Source of the DNA: Eledone cirrhosa
Lineage: Eukaryota
Direction: 5' to 3'
DNA length: 64,000 nt
Assembly (NCBI GenBank): GCA_964016885.1
Contig: OZ024742.1
Location: forward strand, 74,586,001-74,650,000
In this document: positions 11,629 to 25,149 of the stretch, in pieces
Position numbering within the stretch: position 1 is the stretch's first letter
How the letters are laid out: each line of letters begins with the position of its first letter
Made by a program: the position numbers and the translations under genes
Notes under the pieces: model-generated
What the model saw: only the letters and a program-made list of their open reading frames with translations
What the model was told of the DNA's origin: nothing
Databases searched by the model: none

Positions 11629-11841
11629 TTATATATAGGAGAACGGACCGTATTAGACAAAGAAAAAGATAGACAGACTCAGTATTTACTTAGGGTTTTA
11701 TCCATGTTTTATCGAATGCCCCAAGTATATTTGAGGTAGATTTAGCTGCTATTTCTAGCAAGTCGAGTGACCGCGCAAAGAATCCTTCGTTGACTGGTAG
11801 AAGGTAACTCTACCAAAGGCTGCTGTTATTAAGAGAGTAAA

Positions 11842-12012
11842 TAATTGTTTCTACTTTTGGCACACGGCCAGCAATTACACAGTTCATTACTGGTACTTTA
11901 TTTTATCGACCTGGTAAGGATGAAAGGCAAAGTTAACCTCGACGGGATTTGAACTCAGACCGTAAAGGGACGTAACTATGCTGGAATGCATGGCGTCTGA
12001 CCCTCTACCGAG
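11842..12012 (-). mobile_element. tRNA-derived SINE with Meta-like core (octopus-type)
   Basis: Minus strand shows B-box GAGTTCAAATCC, then GTTAACTTTGCCTTTCATCCTTAC...GATAAAATAAAGTACCAG. At least 7 copies in the window. Confidence 0.8.
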
Positions 12013-13698
12013 ATGAGATAGCTGCCACTGAGAATTTAAGTATGCAAATGAGGTTTCCGTTAGTAGGGTGGTAGATATTTAAATGAGGTATCTAGTACAA
12101 AGATGTAGGTATGCAAATGACATTTAAACTAAGTGTGTTAATGAGAATCTTTACACTAATACGAAAGTATACATTCAAATGAGGTATATTCTAATGAGGT
12201 AAGAAATGAAGTATGCAAATGAAGCAACTATCACTTGGAATTCAAATTGGATTAAGGATTTTAAGATCGGAAGTATCTAACTAAGTATTTAAGGATACAA
12301 ACAAGACCATCGTTATTAAAAAGTCAATATACAAAAATGTCTCTCTTAACTAAGATGATTAATTGAAATAAAACCTGTTAGTGGCTTAGCATATTTGTTA
12401 TATCCTACTGACCGAAGTAGCTGGGGAACTCAATACCTTCCTAAATAACCGAGCAGCTCTCAATAGAAATGTATTTTTACCTCCTGGAAGAAACAAGAAA
12501 AGGTGTCCTAAATGTTGCCTACTTCATCACATTCGGACCAGATAACCCTGACTGGTTGAGATCCCTTACAGCGCTGAGAAATAATATAAAAATACAAGAT
12601 AGCAACACTCCCTGTCGCTATATGGAAAATAGGTATTCTCTTGGAATGACAGAGCACACAAACGCACTGTTCTGATTGTATGAGAACTCTACTGCTACAA
12701 TGAAGCCATTGCTACACTATCAGAAACACGTTTCGCCGAAGAGAGTCAACTGATTGAAAGCAGTACTGGCTACACCTTCTACCGGGGAGGGTGCAGCAAT
12801 GGATGTTTTTTGATGGGTTAATCTGAGCTTTGGCTAGGCCACCTATTCTATCCCCTCCCTTCGCGTGGAACAAGCAGCAGTATGTGCGTAGTATCCCCTC
12901 TCCACCTTTACATCGCAAAAACCATCTGTCATAGCCCAGCAAGCTGGGACAGTGACAGCGAGATCCTTAGTTAGTAGGTATTAAAGTCGGAGTTTCCTTC
13001 CCCTAGTCGGATTATCTAACGAGCCAAATTTGCTCGGGCTTGGAGTCAGTGGTTCTTCTGTAAAGCTGGTTGCCAACGAAGGTTGACGAGCGCAGTCTGC
13101 CCACACGGTTATATCACCGTATATACTGTGGCGCCATGATTTAGCTACCCCTATTGAAATCGACTAAAAGGTATTGCTACGGACACAGTAATGTAAGATA
13201 GGCGGTTTCCATTGTTCTACTAGCAAGTCAGACAGTAACCTGGTGGCGTACATTGCACCAAGAAAGGAGGGGGGGGGGGGCTTTATATTACGCCCACAAA
13301 ACAGTGGGTTTTAAAATACGGAGTTACTCGTCTCCTAGATGGTTGTTCTGATTAGAAATAGAACTGGGGATCAATCACTCCCAGTAGACTTAACGTGTGC
13401 TTGGCTACCATTTCCAGTACTTTTATGTCTTCGTGCCGTGACGCTAGATGTCAGTTGACTCACTGCTGGATGTATACGTTCTTCGGCAGGTTTTGGTTTT
13501 GTCTTGCCGGGTCCTAGCAATCCACCTCACTATACAAACTTAATGGAGTGTTGGTTTAGTGACCAGCAACCTAATCATGCAGCAGGTTGTACCGGATGTC
13601 AAGTTACCAGTAACACTAATGAAGTCAATTGAAATAATAAAATATGTAGGTTGTTCAGTGAATGGGAGTAAACTATAGAAATCAACCATAACAATACG

Positions 13699-13775
<77 letters not shown>

Positions 13776-13789
13776 AACACCACCATAGG

Positions 13790-14830
13790 AGAACAGTCAG
13801 GAATTAGAAGACCATGGAAAGCATCCAGCAAATAGCTAACTCCACCCACCAGAGTATTAAAGTTACTATAGACTACCCAAATAAACACCCCAACCATAGA
13901 TTACCCGTACTAGACACAGAACTCTGGTTGGAAACTATTAGTAATAGAACGCAAATCCTCCATTCGCATTATGCCAAACCCATGACCTCCAAATACCTGA
14001 TCCACCGAAACTCAGCTGTTTTGGATCACATAAAAATCAACATACTGATTGCAGACTTAGTAAGAGTGATGAGGAACGTGTCCCGTATTTGCAACCCCAA
14101 AGAATTAGAGAGAGACATACAACACTTCATCAATCGCATGCAGTTCTCTGGCTACAGTCAGAGAGACAAGATCAGGGTATATAAAGGAGCTAGAGCCAAA
14201 TGGGCAAAAATTGTAGAAAAGGATGCAAATAGAACTTGCCCCATGTATAGGAGAACATTTTCGAACAGAATAGAAAGGATTAGGAATAAGGCAAATAAAA
14301 TAAACTCATGGTATGATAGCAATGAATACCAGAGTGTAATGTTCGTCCATACAACCCCTAGGGGCGAACTAGCTTATAGATTTAGAAGGGCCCTAGACAA
14401 GCTCAAATTCAATATTATGATAGTTGAAAGACCAGGTATTCCCATAAAAACCCTAATTAGCAAAACATACCCATTTCAAAGATCCCCCTGTGCTGATAGG
14501 AAATGCATAGTCTGCAAGCTAAGCCCACAAATTAACTGCAAAACTAGGAACGAAGTATACAGCATAAGATGTAACGAGGGACAGTGTAGGAATAAGAATA
14601 TAACATTTACAGGTGAAACAGCCCGTAGCATAGGAGAAAGGATAAATGAACACTTACTAGAACTCCAGAATTGGAAAAACTCATCAGTACTCCACCAACA
14701 TGCCGAAATAGAACAAGAGGTACATTAGAGAACACAGAAAAGATGCAATGCTCAGAAAAATCACAGAGGCGACAAACATAAACGAACTCCAACCAAAATT
14801 AAGCAGAAAACATTGAGTGGGATAGCAACA
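13790..14830 (+). mobile_element. Penelope-like element, 5'-truncated (RT thumb + GIY-YIG endonuclease)
   Basis: ORF 13814..14728: LPVLDTEL..HYAKP..., CxxxxCxxC, CKTRNEVYSIRC...FTGETARSIGERINEH. Starts right after (TG)n. Confidence 0.85.
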
Positions 14831-15287
14831 TCACAGCTAGTAATTAAGGACAAAATGATGACATACAGACACGCACAAAAAAACAAACTAACAAAACAAA
14901 TCAGACACACACAGATAGAACAAACAACCAGCTAGTGACAAGTAAATAAACACATAAATAACACACCCGGATGTAACGCATGCACAATCTAAGCACACAA
15001 CGCACAAAAACAAGATGGTGTAGGGCAGAACAAAGTAGAGACACACAAAATAAAAACCTAGTCACCGAGAAGGTCACAGAATGTGTGATAAAAGAGCTTT
15101 GACAATATATAAACAACTTTCCGGTTATCGAACCAACCGGCCAACCGGAAATTTATAATAAATTGAAATGAAAACCAACAGGTGCATGTGTTTTTATTGG
15201 CAACATGACCCTCCCAAAGTATAACAATATCTATTTCAACACACGTTTTCGGATAAGAAATCTCGCAAAACAAATTCAAAAACGAAT

Positions 15288-15387
<100 letters not shown>

Positions 15388-16353
15388 CTTTCCTTATGCA
15401 TATTAACGGCTGAGCAGCCTAATTTGCATATCGAGTGAGTTAGTCGGCCGGGCGTACCGGAAACGATAAATGGAAAAGAATGAAACGAAATTTCATTTCT
15501 CACTCTTAGTACGGCTGATACCTAAATATAAGTATGCATACGTACATACATATATGCGTACAGACGTACAGTAGTATGTATATATATATATACATACATG
15601 CACACATATATATATATGTACGTATGGGTTTACCGAACATTTATTACGCCGTACAGTGTTCGGCAACCATCGTCGCCTTTTTGTTCAACACTGACACAGG
15701 AACGACGTACTAGTTTCAAGCTTATTAGCTATCGTCAGCATCGTATACCTTCCTGTCAGATGATTGAACGTTTGAAAGTATATACTTTCCTTATGCATAC
15801 AAATAATGAATCAAAACATATCAAATATGTTTAGAATTTTGTGTTTCTCTATAAGCAAGCTCAATAGACTTTATCTAGAATCATAATAACCAAATTAAAA
15901 GATATATGTTTATATATAGAGAGAACGAGCCATATATCGTAAAAGAAACACGGTTTATTGTATATATACCAAATACATATGCTATAGAAGAATATATACA
16001 CAGGTGGAATCCAAGTGTACTCATCAGAGGTTTATTCTCACTATTCTAAGGGAAATATAGAATGAAAATGGTAAATAAATCAATATACCTGTGAAAATCT
16101 ACATTTAAATCCATCTCGACCGTCGTGCTGAGAACCATATGGTGTAATCACGTTAAACCTATGGCGAATAGATATCCACAAGGTGGACGATAACTCCGCT
16201 AGAAATAGGAGCGGTGAATATAGCCACCGAGCTCAACAGGTTAAGAGGTTTGGACCGGTTAAATACAAATAAGGAATCAAAACATCTAATATGTTTACAA
16301 GTTGAACTTAGCTGAGAAACATAAAATTCTAAGCATATTTGATGTTTTGATTC

Positions 16354-16533
16354 GGCAGTATCGGTAGAGTGTCGGACACCATGCTTGCAGCAAAGAGTTA
16401 CGGCCCTTTATGATCTGAGTTCAAATCCAACTGAGGTTAACTTTGCCTTTCATCCTTACAGGGTCGATAAAATAAAGTACCAGTAATACACTGAGATAAT
16501 TGCTGGCCTTGTGCCAAAAGTAGAAACAATTAT
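16354..16533 (+). mobile_element. Meta-like SINE copy inserted into one arm of an inverted repeat
   Basis: GGCAGTATCGGTAGAG...GAGTTCAAATCC...GGTTAACTTTGCCTTTCATCC...AAGTAGAAACAATT. Confidence 0.8.
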
Positions 16534-16699
16534 TTGTATTTAACGGCTCCCAAACTCTTAACTTGTTGAGCTCGGTGGTTATAATCACCGCTTCTATTTC
16601 TAGCGGAGTTATGGAAGACGATGGAGTGGCCAGGGGTGTCCGGTTTGTGTATTTTGGGGAAGAAATAGATGGTGAAGGTACGGGGTGTGCAGATCATAA

Positions 16700-17700
16700 G
16701 GTGCACACTCCGTAGTGAGGTGATGAGTTCGCGTAAAGTGGAGAATACTTGTTGTTAGTAGCGAGGGGTGGCATCATAGGACAGGGGGCGGTAGAAGAGG
16801 AGATTGCGGAGCTACAGTAAAACCTCCGTTTGTCATCATGGTATCAGAGAGAGAGAAGTGCGACGATTTTGATCAAGGGGATGTTGCATTGTTGGTAGCG
16901 TTTCCGGAAATTGAACCGATTCACCATGGGTGGCAGGTGTCGATGAAAGTGTTTAGAGTGTTGAATTGTCCATGTAGTGGCGTTCAAATGTAATGGTCGC
17001 CGACCCAGGTCCTTAAGGCAGCTAGAATTGTTCTGAGTCTGTATATTGCCGTAAGAATGTGCTTGCAATTTTATGCGGCGCAGGAACCACCGTACAACGT
17101 CCGTGCAGGTCCGAAATTTGTCGCTGGAAGGTGTGAGGAGTATGAAACGCAGACCTCTACTGAGGAGGGAACCTTCAGATTTCGAGAGAGGCTGGTCGGC
17201 GGATAGAGTGACAACAAATTGTGGGTCTGAGAGGGATTCGGTGGGATGGGGGTGGGGTCAGGAGGGTTTGATGCGGAGTAGGTAGCTGGAAGAAAGTGGG
17301 ATGTGGAGGAGAGTGTGTTGGTGGGAGAGGAACACCATGGCGGTGGAATGAAGGGGAAGATTGAGTTTGCAGAGTTTAGTGGATGTGAGGAATGGAAGAG
17401 TATGTGGATAAAGAGAAGTATCGAATGTTCGTGAAAAGGGTGACAGGTGTAATAGAGAAGGAGAAAGGTTTGGAGGAGTTCAAAGTTGCTGGGGCGGATT
17501 TGGGAGAAGGTGGAACGAAAAGTGGCACGAATGAAAAGGCGGAAGGATCGGTGAAGATGAGTTGTGTGTGTATGTGTGTGGGGGAACGAGAGTAGGTTGT
17601 GGGGTGGAAGTGGAGGCGAACCCCATGCGGATAAGCTGTTGATGAAGGCAGTGTCCCAGGAAGGTGTGGCTGGAATACCAGGTTTTTGCGAAGAGAAATA
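16700..17700 (-). mobile_element. Probable Penelope-like element N-terminal fragment (degenerate)
   Basis: Minus-strand translation near 17225-17050 (VVTLSADQPLSKSEGSLLSRGLRFI...FLRRIKLQAH) resembles the PLE N-terminal 'LS..E..LLSKGLNF...F.RRLRL' motif. Confidence 0.55.
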
Positions 17701-18390
17701 AGAAAGGTGGAGTCTATAACACTTAAGAATTTACACATACAAACCTACACACAATGTATTCTCTATCTTAATTATGCTGCTACAATGGCAGGATCTGGGT
17801 TCTAATCCTACACTTGTTCATGTAAATAGTTATTTCTCCAAAGTTACAGTTACAGTTAATCCTCTACGCCACTTGTACAATTACGTTGAACATATATGTA
17901 ATTATATTCTAGAAATATATTATAAATATATCATTCTTATTTTTAATCACTTCCACCTGCTAGTAACCAACTTAAACTTATAGGGTTTCTCTTATGCAAA
18001 ACATTAATCTATGAAGGCACAAATTTCTTATTTTGTGTGATGCTTCATATATCTGGTAATCCTGGTATATATATATATATGAACTCCGAAAATGAAATAC
18101 GTTAAACGCTATTGCCGTCATAATTGACGACAAGGGTCCAATACTAATTTAAGAATTGCTATTTTAAAGCAGTTAATTTTTTAAAACCAAATTTAAAAAA
18201 TATATCTAAGTATTTACGCAACAAGGGAGAGTACTCAAACCTTAATTATCTCCCTTACATTACATTACATTTTATCATTTTTGTGTTAAAACAAAGCATT
18301 TATCCATTGACTGCTTATCAACAAAACTGGATATCCAAAACTTTAACATGAATTATGTACAATATTCTGTCGGTCAGTCTGTCTGTCTGA

Positions 18391-18515
<125 letters not shown>

Positions 18516-18544
18516 TGCGCGCGCGTCTCTGTATGTATGTATGC

Positions 18545-18735
18545 CAGGTATCTCCTCAGTGCTATTGATAACGTGTAACCCAGTACAACCTGTCACATGG
18601 TTGGGTCATCGGTGACTAAACCGGCAACCCCACTAAGCTTGCTTGGTGAGGTGGGTGTTTTGGGCACCATGCAGGATGAAAAGCGAAACCTGACAAAGAG
18701 CGGATGAACTCATGAGAGTCAACGGCCATGCAATA
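18545..18735 (+). mobile_element. Dispersed SINE-like repeat (second copy on minus strand at ~23008-23195, partial at ~13545-13620)
   Basis: CGTGTAACCCAGTACAACCTGTCACAT...ACTAAACCGGCAACCCC...GGATGAACTCATGAGAGTCAACGGCC recurs in reverse complement. Confidence 0.6.
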
Positions 18736-18854
18736 CTATGTACATATGTATATATTGAGTGGCTGTGTGAATGGCTGTATGTTTTTTTTTACATCTTTAT
18801 CTTTTATATTTTAATATTTTACATATATCTTAACCTTTTAACCAATTAAAACTA

Positions 18855-19560
18855 AATCTTGGAAAAAAAGCTGGCCTAGATGGTCTCTTTGCTGAGATCT
18901 GAATGGCTGGAGAAGTCCCAAAGGAATGGAGAGATACTATAATGATTCCTCTGTACAAGGACAAAGGTACTCGTTAACCTTGCGGAAGCTATAGTAGTAT
19001 AGCTTTTTTATGCACAAAAGGAAAAATAAAACAAAGGTAGATGTTGATAACGCTTGTCTTCTTACAAGCCTTCTTTATTCTTGTAAGATTTGTGTGATTT
19101 ACAGGAATCATTTAAAATTATTGGGTCACTTCCACCTAAGCTGTATAAGATCAATCTTGGGTACCCACTGCTTCTCGCATGTTCCAGACACAGAAGTACT
19201 GGAACAAGCTGATACACTCAGTATAGAAGATTTCATACACAAGCACCGCCTTCGCTGTGCAGGACATCTGATGCGGCTGGATGATAGCTGTATTCCCAAG
19301 CAGATGGGAATACGGTAAAAACCCAAGAAGCGTTTCAAGGACTGTGTCAAAGACTCGGTGTTGCAACTTGATATCGGCCTTCACGTACGACAAGTGGAGG
19401 CTGGTGACAGAAATAAGTGGAGAAAAAAACATATATGAAGGATATCGATAAATCCATGCAAAGAAAGTAAGCTGGGCAAAGACCAAAAGAATTTCCCGCA
19501 AGGGAGAGAATGTAGACCCAGCGGTTTCTCAGTTTGTTTGCCATACATGTAGCCGAATAT
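18855..19560 (+). mobile_element. Degenerate RTE/BovB-like LINE fragment
   Basis: LTSLLYSCK...LLGHFHLSCIRSILG...VPDTEVLEQA...HRLRCAGHLMRLDDSCIPKQ matches the RTE RT C-terminus. Confidence 0.75.
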
Positions 19561-19705
19561 GCCTGTCATACACAGGACTCCAGAGTCACCACAGGAGTCA
19601 CAGTTCGTCAACAGAATATGCCAAGTTCATTGTTGCAGACCCACTTACTTGTGTTGTATGCAGCAAAATCTGAAAAGCCGCTCTGAACTCACAAGACACT
19701 TAATG

Positions 19706-19815
19706 TTCTGATTTCAAATCCTACCTAGGTTAGCTTTACCTTTTATCCTTACGGAGACGATAAAATAAAGTACCAGTAATGCATTGGGGTTGATTTAATT
19801 GACTTTCCCCTCTCG
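19706..19815 (+). mobile_element. Partial Meta-like SINE
   Basis: TTCAAATCC...GGTTAGCTTTACCTTTTATCC...GATAAAATAAAGTACCAG. Confidence 0.6.
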
Positions 19816-19844
19816 CAAAATTGTTTTTTTTTAAAAATAACTTT

Positions 19845-20900
<1,056 letters not shown>

Positions 20901-21928
20901 CACGATGCTATCTGTCTCGTGTAGACAGATAGCATCATGAGAGTTGCTTGTTTTTGTCTCAGTCGAAACTTGGTGGATATGCAGCTTTGACAACCACTAA
21001 CAAGTGAGAAACAACGTTGTCAGTGGCTTCTTTTTTTTTTTGCTGAGACTATGGCTGTGTGATAGCGGTCATAACCTTAAAAAACATAGCGGAAGGCTGT
21101 CAAATGTTTTTCATAAATATCCTATATACAACACGTACACACACACGCAGACACATACATATATATATATGTACACCCCCCATACTGTATTGTATGCTAA
21201 ATGTAAATGTTAAATTATCATAATATACCAAGAGATCTATTTCAAGTTCTCATATTTTATCGTTAAATACTACTGATATCATTTCCCCAAAATTCCAGGG
21301 GCTGATGTGGTTTCTAAATGAAGGAAGAATTTCTATAAAAAGCAAAATATAGTCTGTTTGAAATGTTACATTTTTCTACTTACGAAAAACTAATATTTTA
21401 TTAAACGATTTCTGAGGAAGACCAGTTATTGAAATGAGTTTGTTATCGTCGATTATACATAATAGATGCTCATATTATCGATTAATGAATGAAAATAAAA
21501 TCTGTCAAAATAAACACAATTCAAGCGTGATACGTAACTGAATATTCTATTTAATTCAACATCTTAAAATTTTAGACATTCACGGCCTTGTTGATCAAGA
21601 GTGGTTCGACAAATCATTTTCTTAAACAGGCATAAAAAAAAATTAACAATTTGTGATGTAAGGGAGGTAATTAATATTTGAGTACTCTCCCTTGTTTCGT
21701 GAAGTAGATAAAAATCTCGGGTTAATATTTTTTGCCAGTTGTTGAAAATGTTGACTTCGTTTCAATAGCAAAACTTAAATTATTTCTATAGTTTTTTTAC
21801 CCTTATACTAAATATTTTATTTCAATTGACATTATATAATAATATGTAATATTTGTTTGCTACATTAGATTTGAAATATTTCAAAATTTATTGAAGTTTT
21901 CATACATAGTTTATGATAACACGAACTA

Positions 21929-22126
21929 CGTGGGTCGACTGAAAAGTTCATAGGCTGACCAAAATACTCTCGTAGAATAACCAAATGAGGTTTATTTTTT
22001 AAATAGTCCCTGGAAAAGAAACAATGCAATTATTAATAAGAAGAGATTAAATGAATGCATGCAAGATTTCACATCTCTAGCATGACTTGTTCATAGCCAG
22101 CCTATGAACTTTTCAGCCGATCCTCG
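21929..22126. mobile_element. Tc1/mariner-type MITE, ~29-bp TIRs, TA target duplication
   Basis: TA|CGTGGGTCGACTGAAAAGTTCATAGGCTG ... CAGCCTATGAACTTTTCAGCCGATCCTCG|TA. Confidence 0.85.
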
Positions 22127-23210
22127 TATTATAGAACTGGAAGGCGCGCTTAGAATTTACACATTTCCCACCTATGGAAAGGATTAGTAAGAGAAAAATA
22201 GGTTTGATATTTGGAGTAATTTTATTTAGATATTTTATTTAAAAAATCTACAAGCTTAGATTCGGTTGTCCCCAGTTTACTTAAACGTACAACTACTCAC
22301 GCACACATGCACGCACACGCCCCCCCCACCCACACTCACACACATAACTTACATGTACTTATGAACACCATACATACATATATACATGGTGGCAGCAACT
22401 TGATTTCGAGTAATGCCATCTCTTGATACTTGAGCATGAGTATCACGGATGTTGTTTTTTAGTCCAGCTTGGGACTTGCCTATGACCAGCAATACCATGC
22501 ATCGCAAAGAATGTTACATGTCAAGCGATATACATACACCCCACACACACATACGCACACATACATACATACATGATGGCTGCCCCCTCGTTATCGAGTA
22601 TGGCCATTGCACGATATACCATTATTAATAATTATTAATTAATTCTATCGTGCAATGCCTGTGCGTGAATATATTTTTTAAAGTGAGGAAAGACTGTGCA
22701 CTGAGCCAATCCCACTATCTGAGCGACAGTAGCTATAACCGAAAAGATGTAAAAATCAACATCATCGGTAACTACTGAGCTGCAGGTTTTATATCGGAGT
22801 TATCCCAGTTTCCTGAGTTGCCTTCTCCTAGAAGAATGACCTGAGAAAGGCTAGGGGTCCTTCACTCCCAGTGGTTTAACCGCGCGATGGAGTGTCCATC
22901 CCGACTATTTCTATGTCCCCGCGCATATACATACACATGCACCCATGTATATACACATATACATATACATACATATGTACATGTGTATATACATATTTAC
23001 ACACTTTTGGATGGCTGTTGACCCTTATGAGTTCTTCCGCCCTTTGTCAGGTTTTGTTTTTTGTCCTGCAGGGTGTCCAAAATCACCCTCCTCACCAAGT
23101 AAACTTGGTGGGGTGCCGGTTTAGTCGCCGACGACCCGACTATGCGACAGGTTGTACTGGGTTACATGTTACCAGTAGCACTCAAGAGTGACCCCACACA
23201 TACATACAGA

Positions 23211-24030
23211 CAGAACTAACATCGAAGATCTCACCCATGTCATCAGCAGCTGTCCAAAGATATCATCGCGGTACTATCTACCAATGAGGCATGATGTAGT
23301 GGCCAAAACACTGTACAACGCAATGCGTAGAAAAGATAGCCCCGATAATAAACACATTAAAAGCCACAGCAATGTGGAAGACATCCATGTACATAATATG
23401 AAAGAGTACTGATGGAATGTTCCAGTAAAAACCCCAATAAAATGCAGGCATAACAGACCAGATATTATGATATGTGACAGGGAAAAGAAAGCATGCACAG
23501 TAGTGGAAGTTAGCTGCCCAGCAGATGCCAATATAATATCAAAGATTAGCGAAAAGGAGAATATTTATGCAGAACTGATGAGAAATCTGTAGATACTCCA
23601 CCCTGACTATACCTTCAGATTTATGCCTGTGATTATTGGGGCACTGGGATATATTAGTAACTGCCCCTATACAAATTTTGAGAAGCTGGGCTTCACAGGA
23701 ACAGAAAGAACAGAACTAGTTAGGAAATTACAAGTACAATCCAATTACAGTAAAAATATGTAAAACATTCCAAAAATGTTGCATCTAATAACTGCTTATA
23801 TACATGTACAGATACAAAGCATATATACATGCACACATACAACTCAAAACATACACATCCACACATACAATAACATCCATATATACACATGCATGCGTGC
23901 AGACATGCATACATAATCTACCTAGTTGACGTTGTGTAAATTCCAATGAGAGAGTCTTGTGTCTATGTTAGAAACCGACTCTCTCTCTATTGGTAAAAAT
24001 TTGTGAAATTATAAAACCAGAAGAACATAC
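23211..24030 (+). mobile_element. R4/Dong-type RLE LINE, 5'-truncated copy 1
   Basis: EDLTHVISSC..RHDVVA...HNRPDIMI.DREKK..VVEVSCPAD (zinc knuckle + PD-(D/E)xK nuclease). Ends ...AAAACCAGAAGAA(CATA)n. Confidence 0.85.
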
Positions 24031-24040
24031 ATACATACAC

Positions 24041-25052
24041 ATGCAAAAAATCATGCATGGATATGTTGCCAGGAAGCTCCAGAGTGAGAGTAATATAGAT
24101 AAGGAAAGTAGTCTATCTTGGACCAACAACCGCTATATTGGCTCCCACTTTGAAGGATACCTTTTGCAATCCAGGAACAGGAGATTAGCACGAAATACCT
24201 GATTCACAAAAAAGATAGGGATGCAGGCAAAACACCTAGATGTGATAACAAGTGCAGACTCTGCAGAACTAACATCGAGGATATCACCCATGTCATCAGC
24301 AGCTGTCCAAAGATGTCATCGCGGTACTATCTACCTATGAGGCATGATGTATTGGCCAAAACACTGTACAATGCAGTTCGTAAAAAAAGATAGCCCCCAT
24401 AATAAACACATTAAAAGCTACAGCAATGTGGAAGACATCCATGTACATAATATGAAAGAGTACTGGTGGAATGTTCCAGTAAAAATCCCAATAAAATGCA
24501 GGCATAACAGACCAGATATTATGATATGGGACAGGGAGAAGAAAACATGCACAGTAGTGGAAATTAGCTGCCCAGCAGATGCCAATATAATATCAAAGAT
24601 TAGTGAAAAGGAGAATATTTATGCAGAACTGATGAGAAATCTGCAGATACTCCACCCTGATTACACCTTCAGATTTATACCTGTGATTATTGGGGCACTG
24701 GGATATGTTAGGCTTCACAGGAACAGAAGGAACACAACTAGTTAGGAAATTACAAGTACAATCCATTAATGGAACAGTAAAAATATGTAAAACATTCCAA
24801 AAATGTTGCATCTAATAACTGCATATACACATGTACAGATACAAAGCATATACACATGCACACATACAACTCAAAACATCCACATCCACACATACAATAA
24901 CATCCATATCTACACATGCATACATACATATATACCTAGTTGATGTTGTGTAAACTCCAATGAGAGAGTCTTGTGTCTATGTTAGAAACCGACTCTCGCT
25001 CTATTGGTAAAACTTTGTGAAATTATAAAACCAGAAGAACATACATACATAC
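24041..25052 (+). mobile_element. R4/Dong-type RLE LINE, 5'-truncated copy 2, tandem with copy 1
   Basis: CRLC..EDITHVISSC..RHD...HNRPDIMIWDREKK. The same 3' UTR ends in (CATA)n; this copy begins in the CATA tail of copy 1. Confidence 0.85.
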
Positions 25053-25149
25053 ATGATGGTTGCAAACTATGCTAAGAGTACTGCAATCGCTTATCCGATT
25101 ATAGTGTTCGGTGTACTTTTAGGCTACGGCCAGCCACGCGAACTTGTAA

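Noticed and set aside
15760-16035. Further hammerhead-like cores (CAGATGA..GAAA at ~15767; minus CTGATGAG at ~16027)
   Set aside because: The core is mutated or the partner GAAA and stems are missing.
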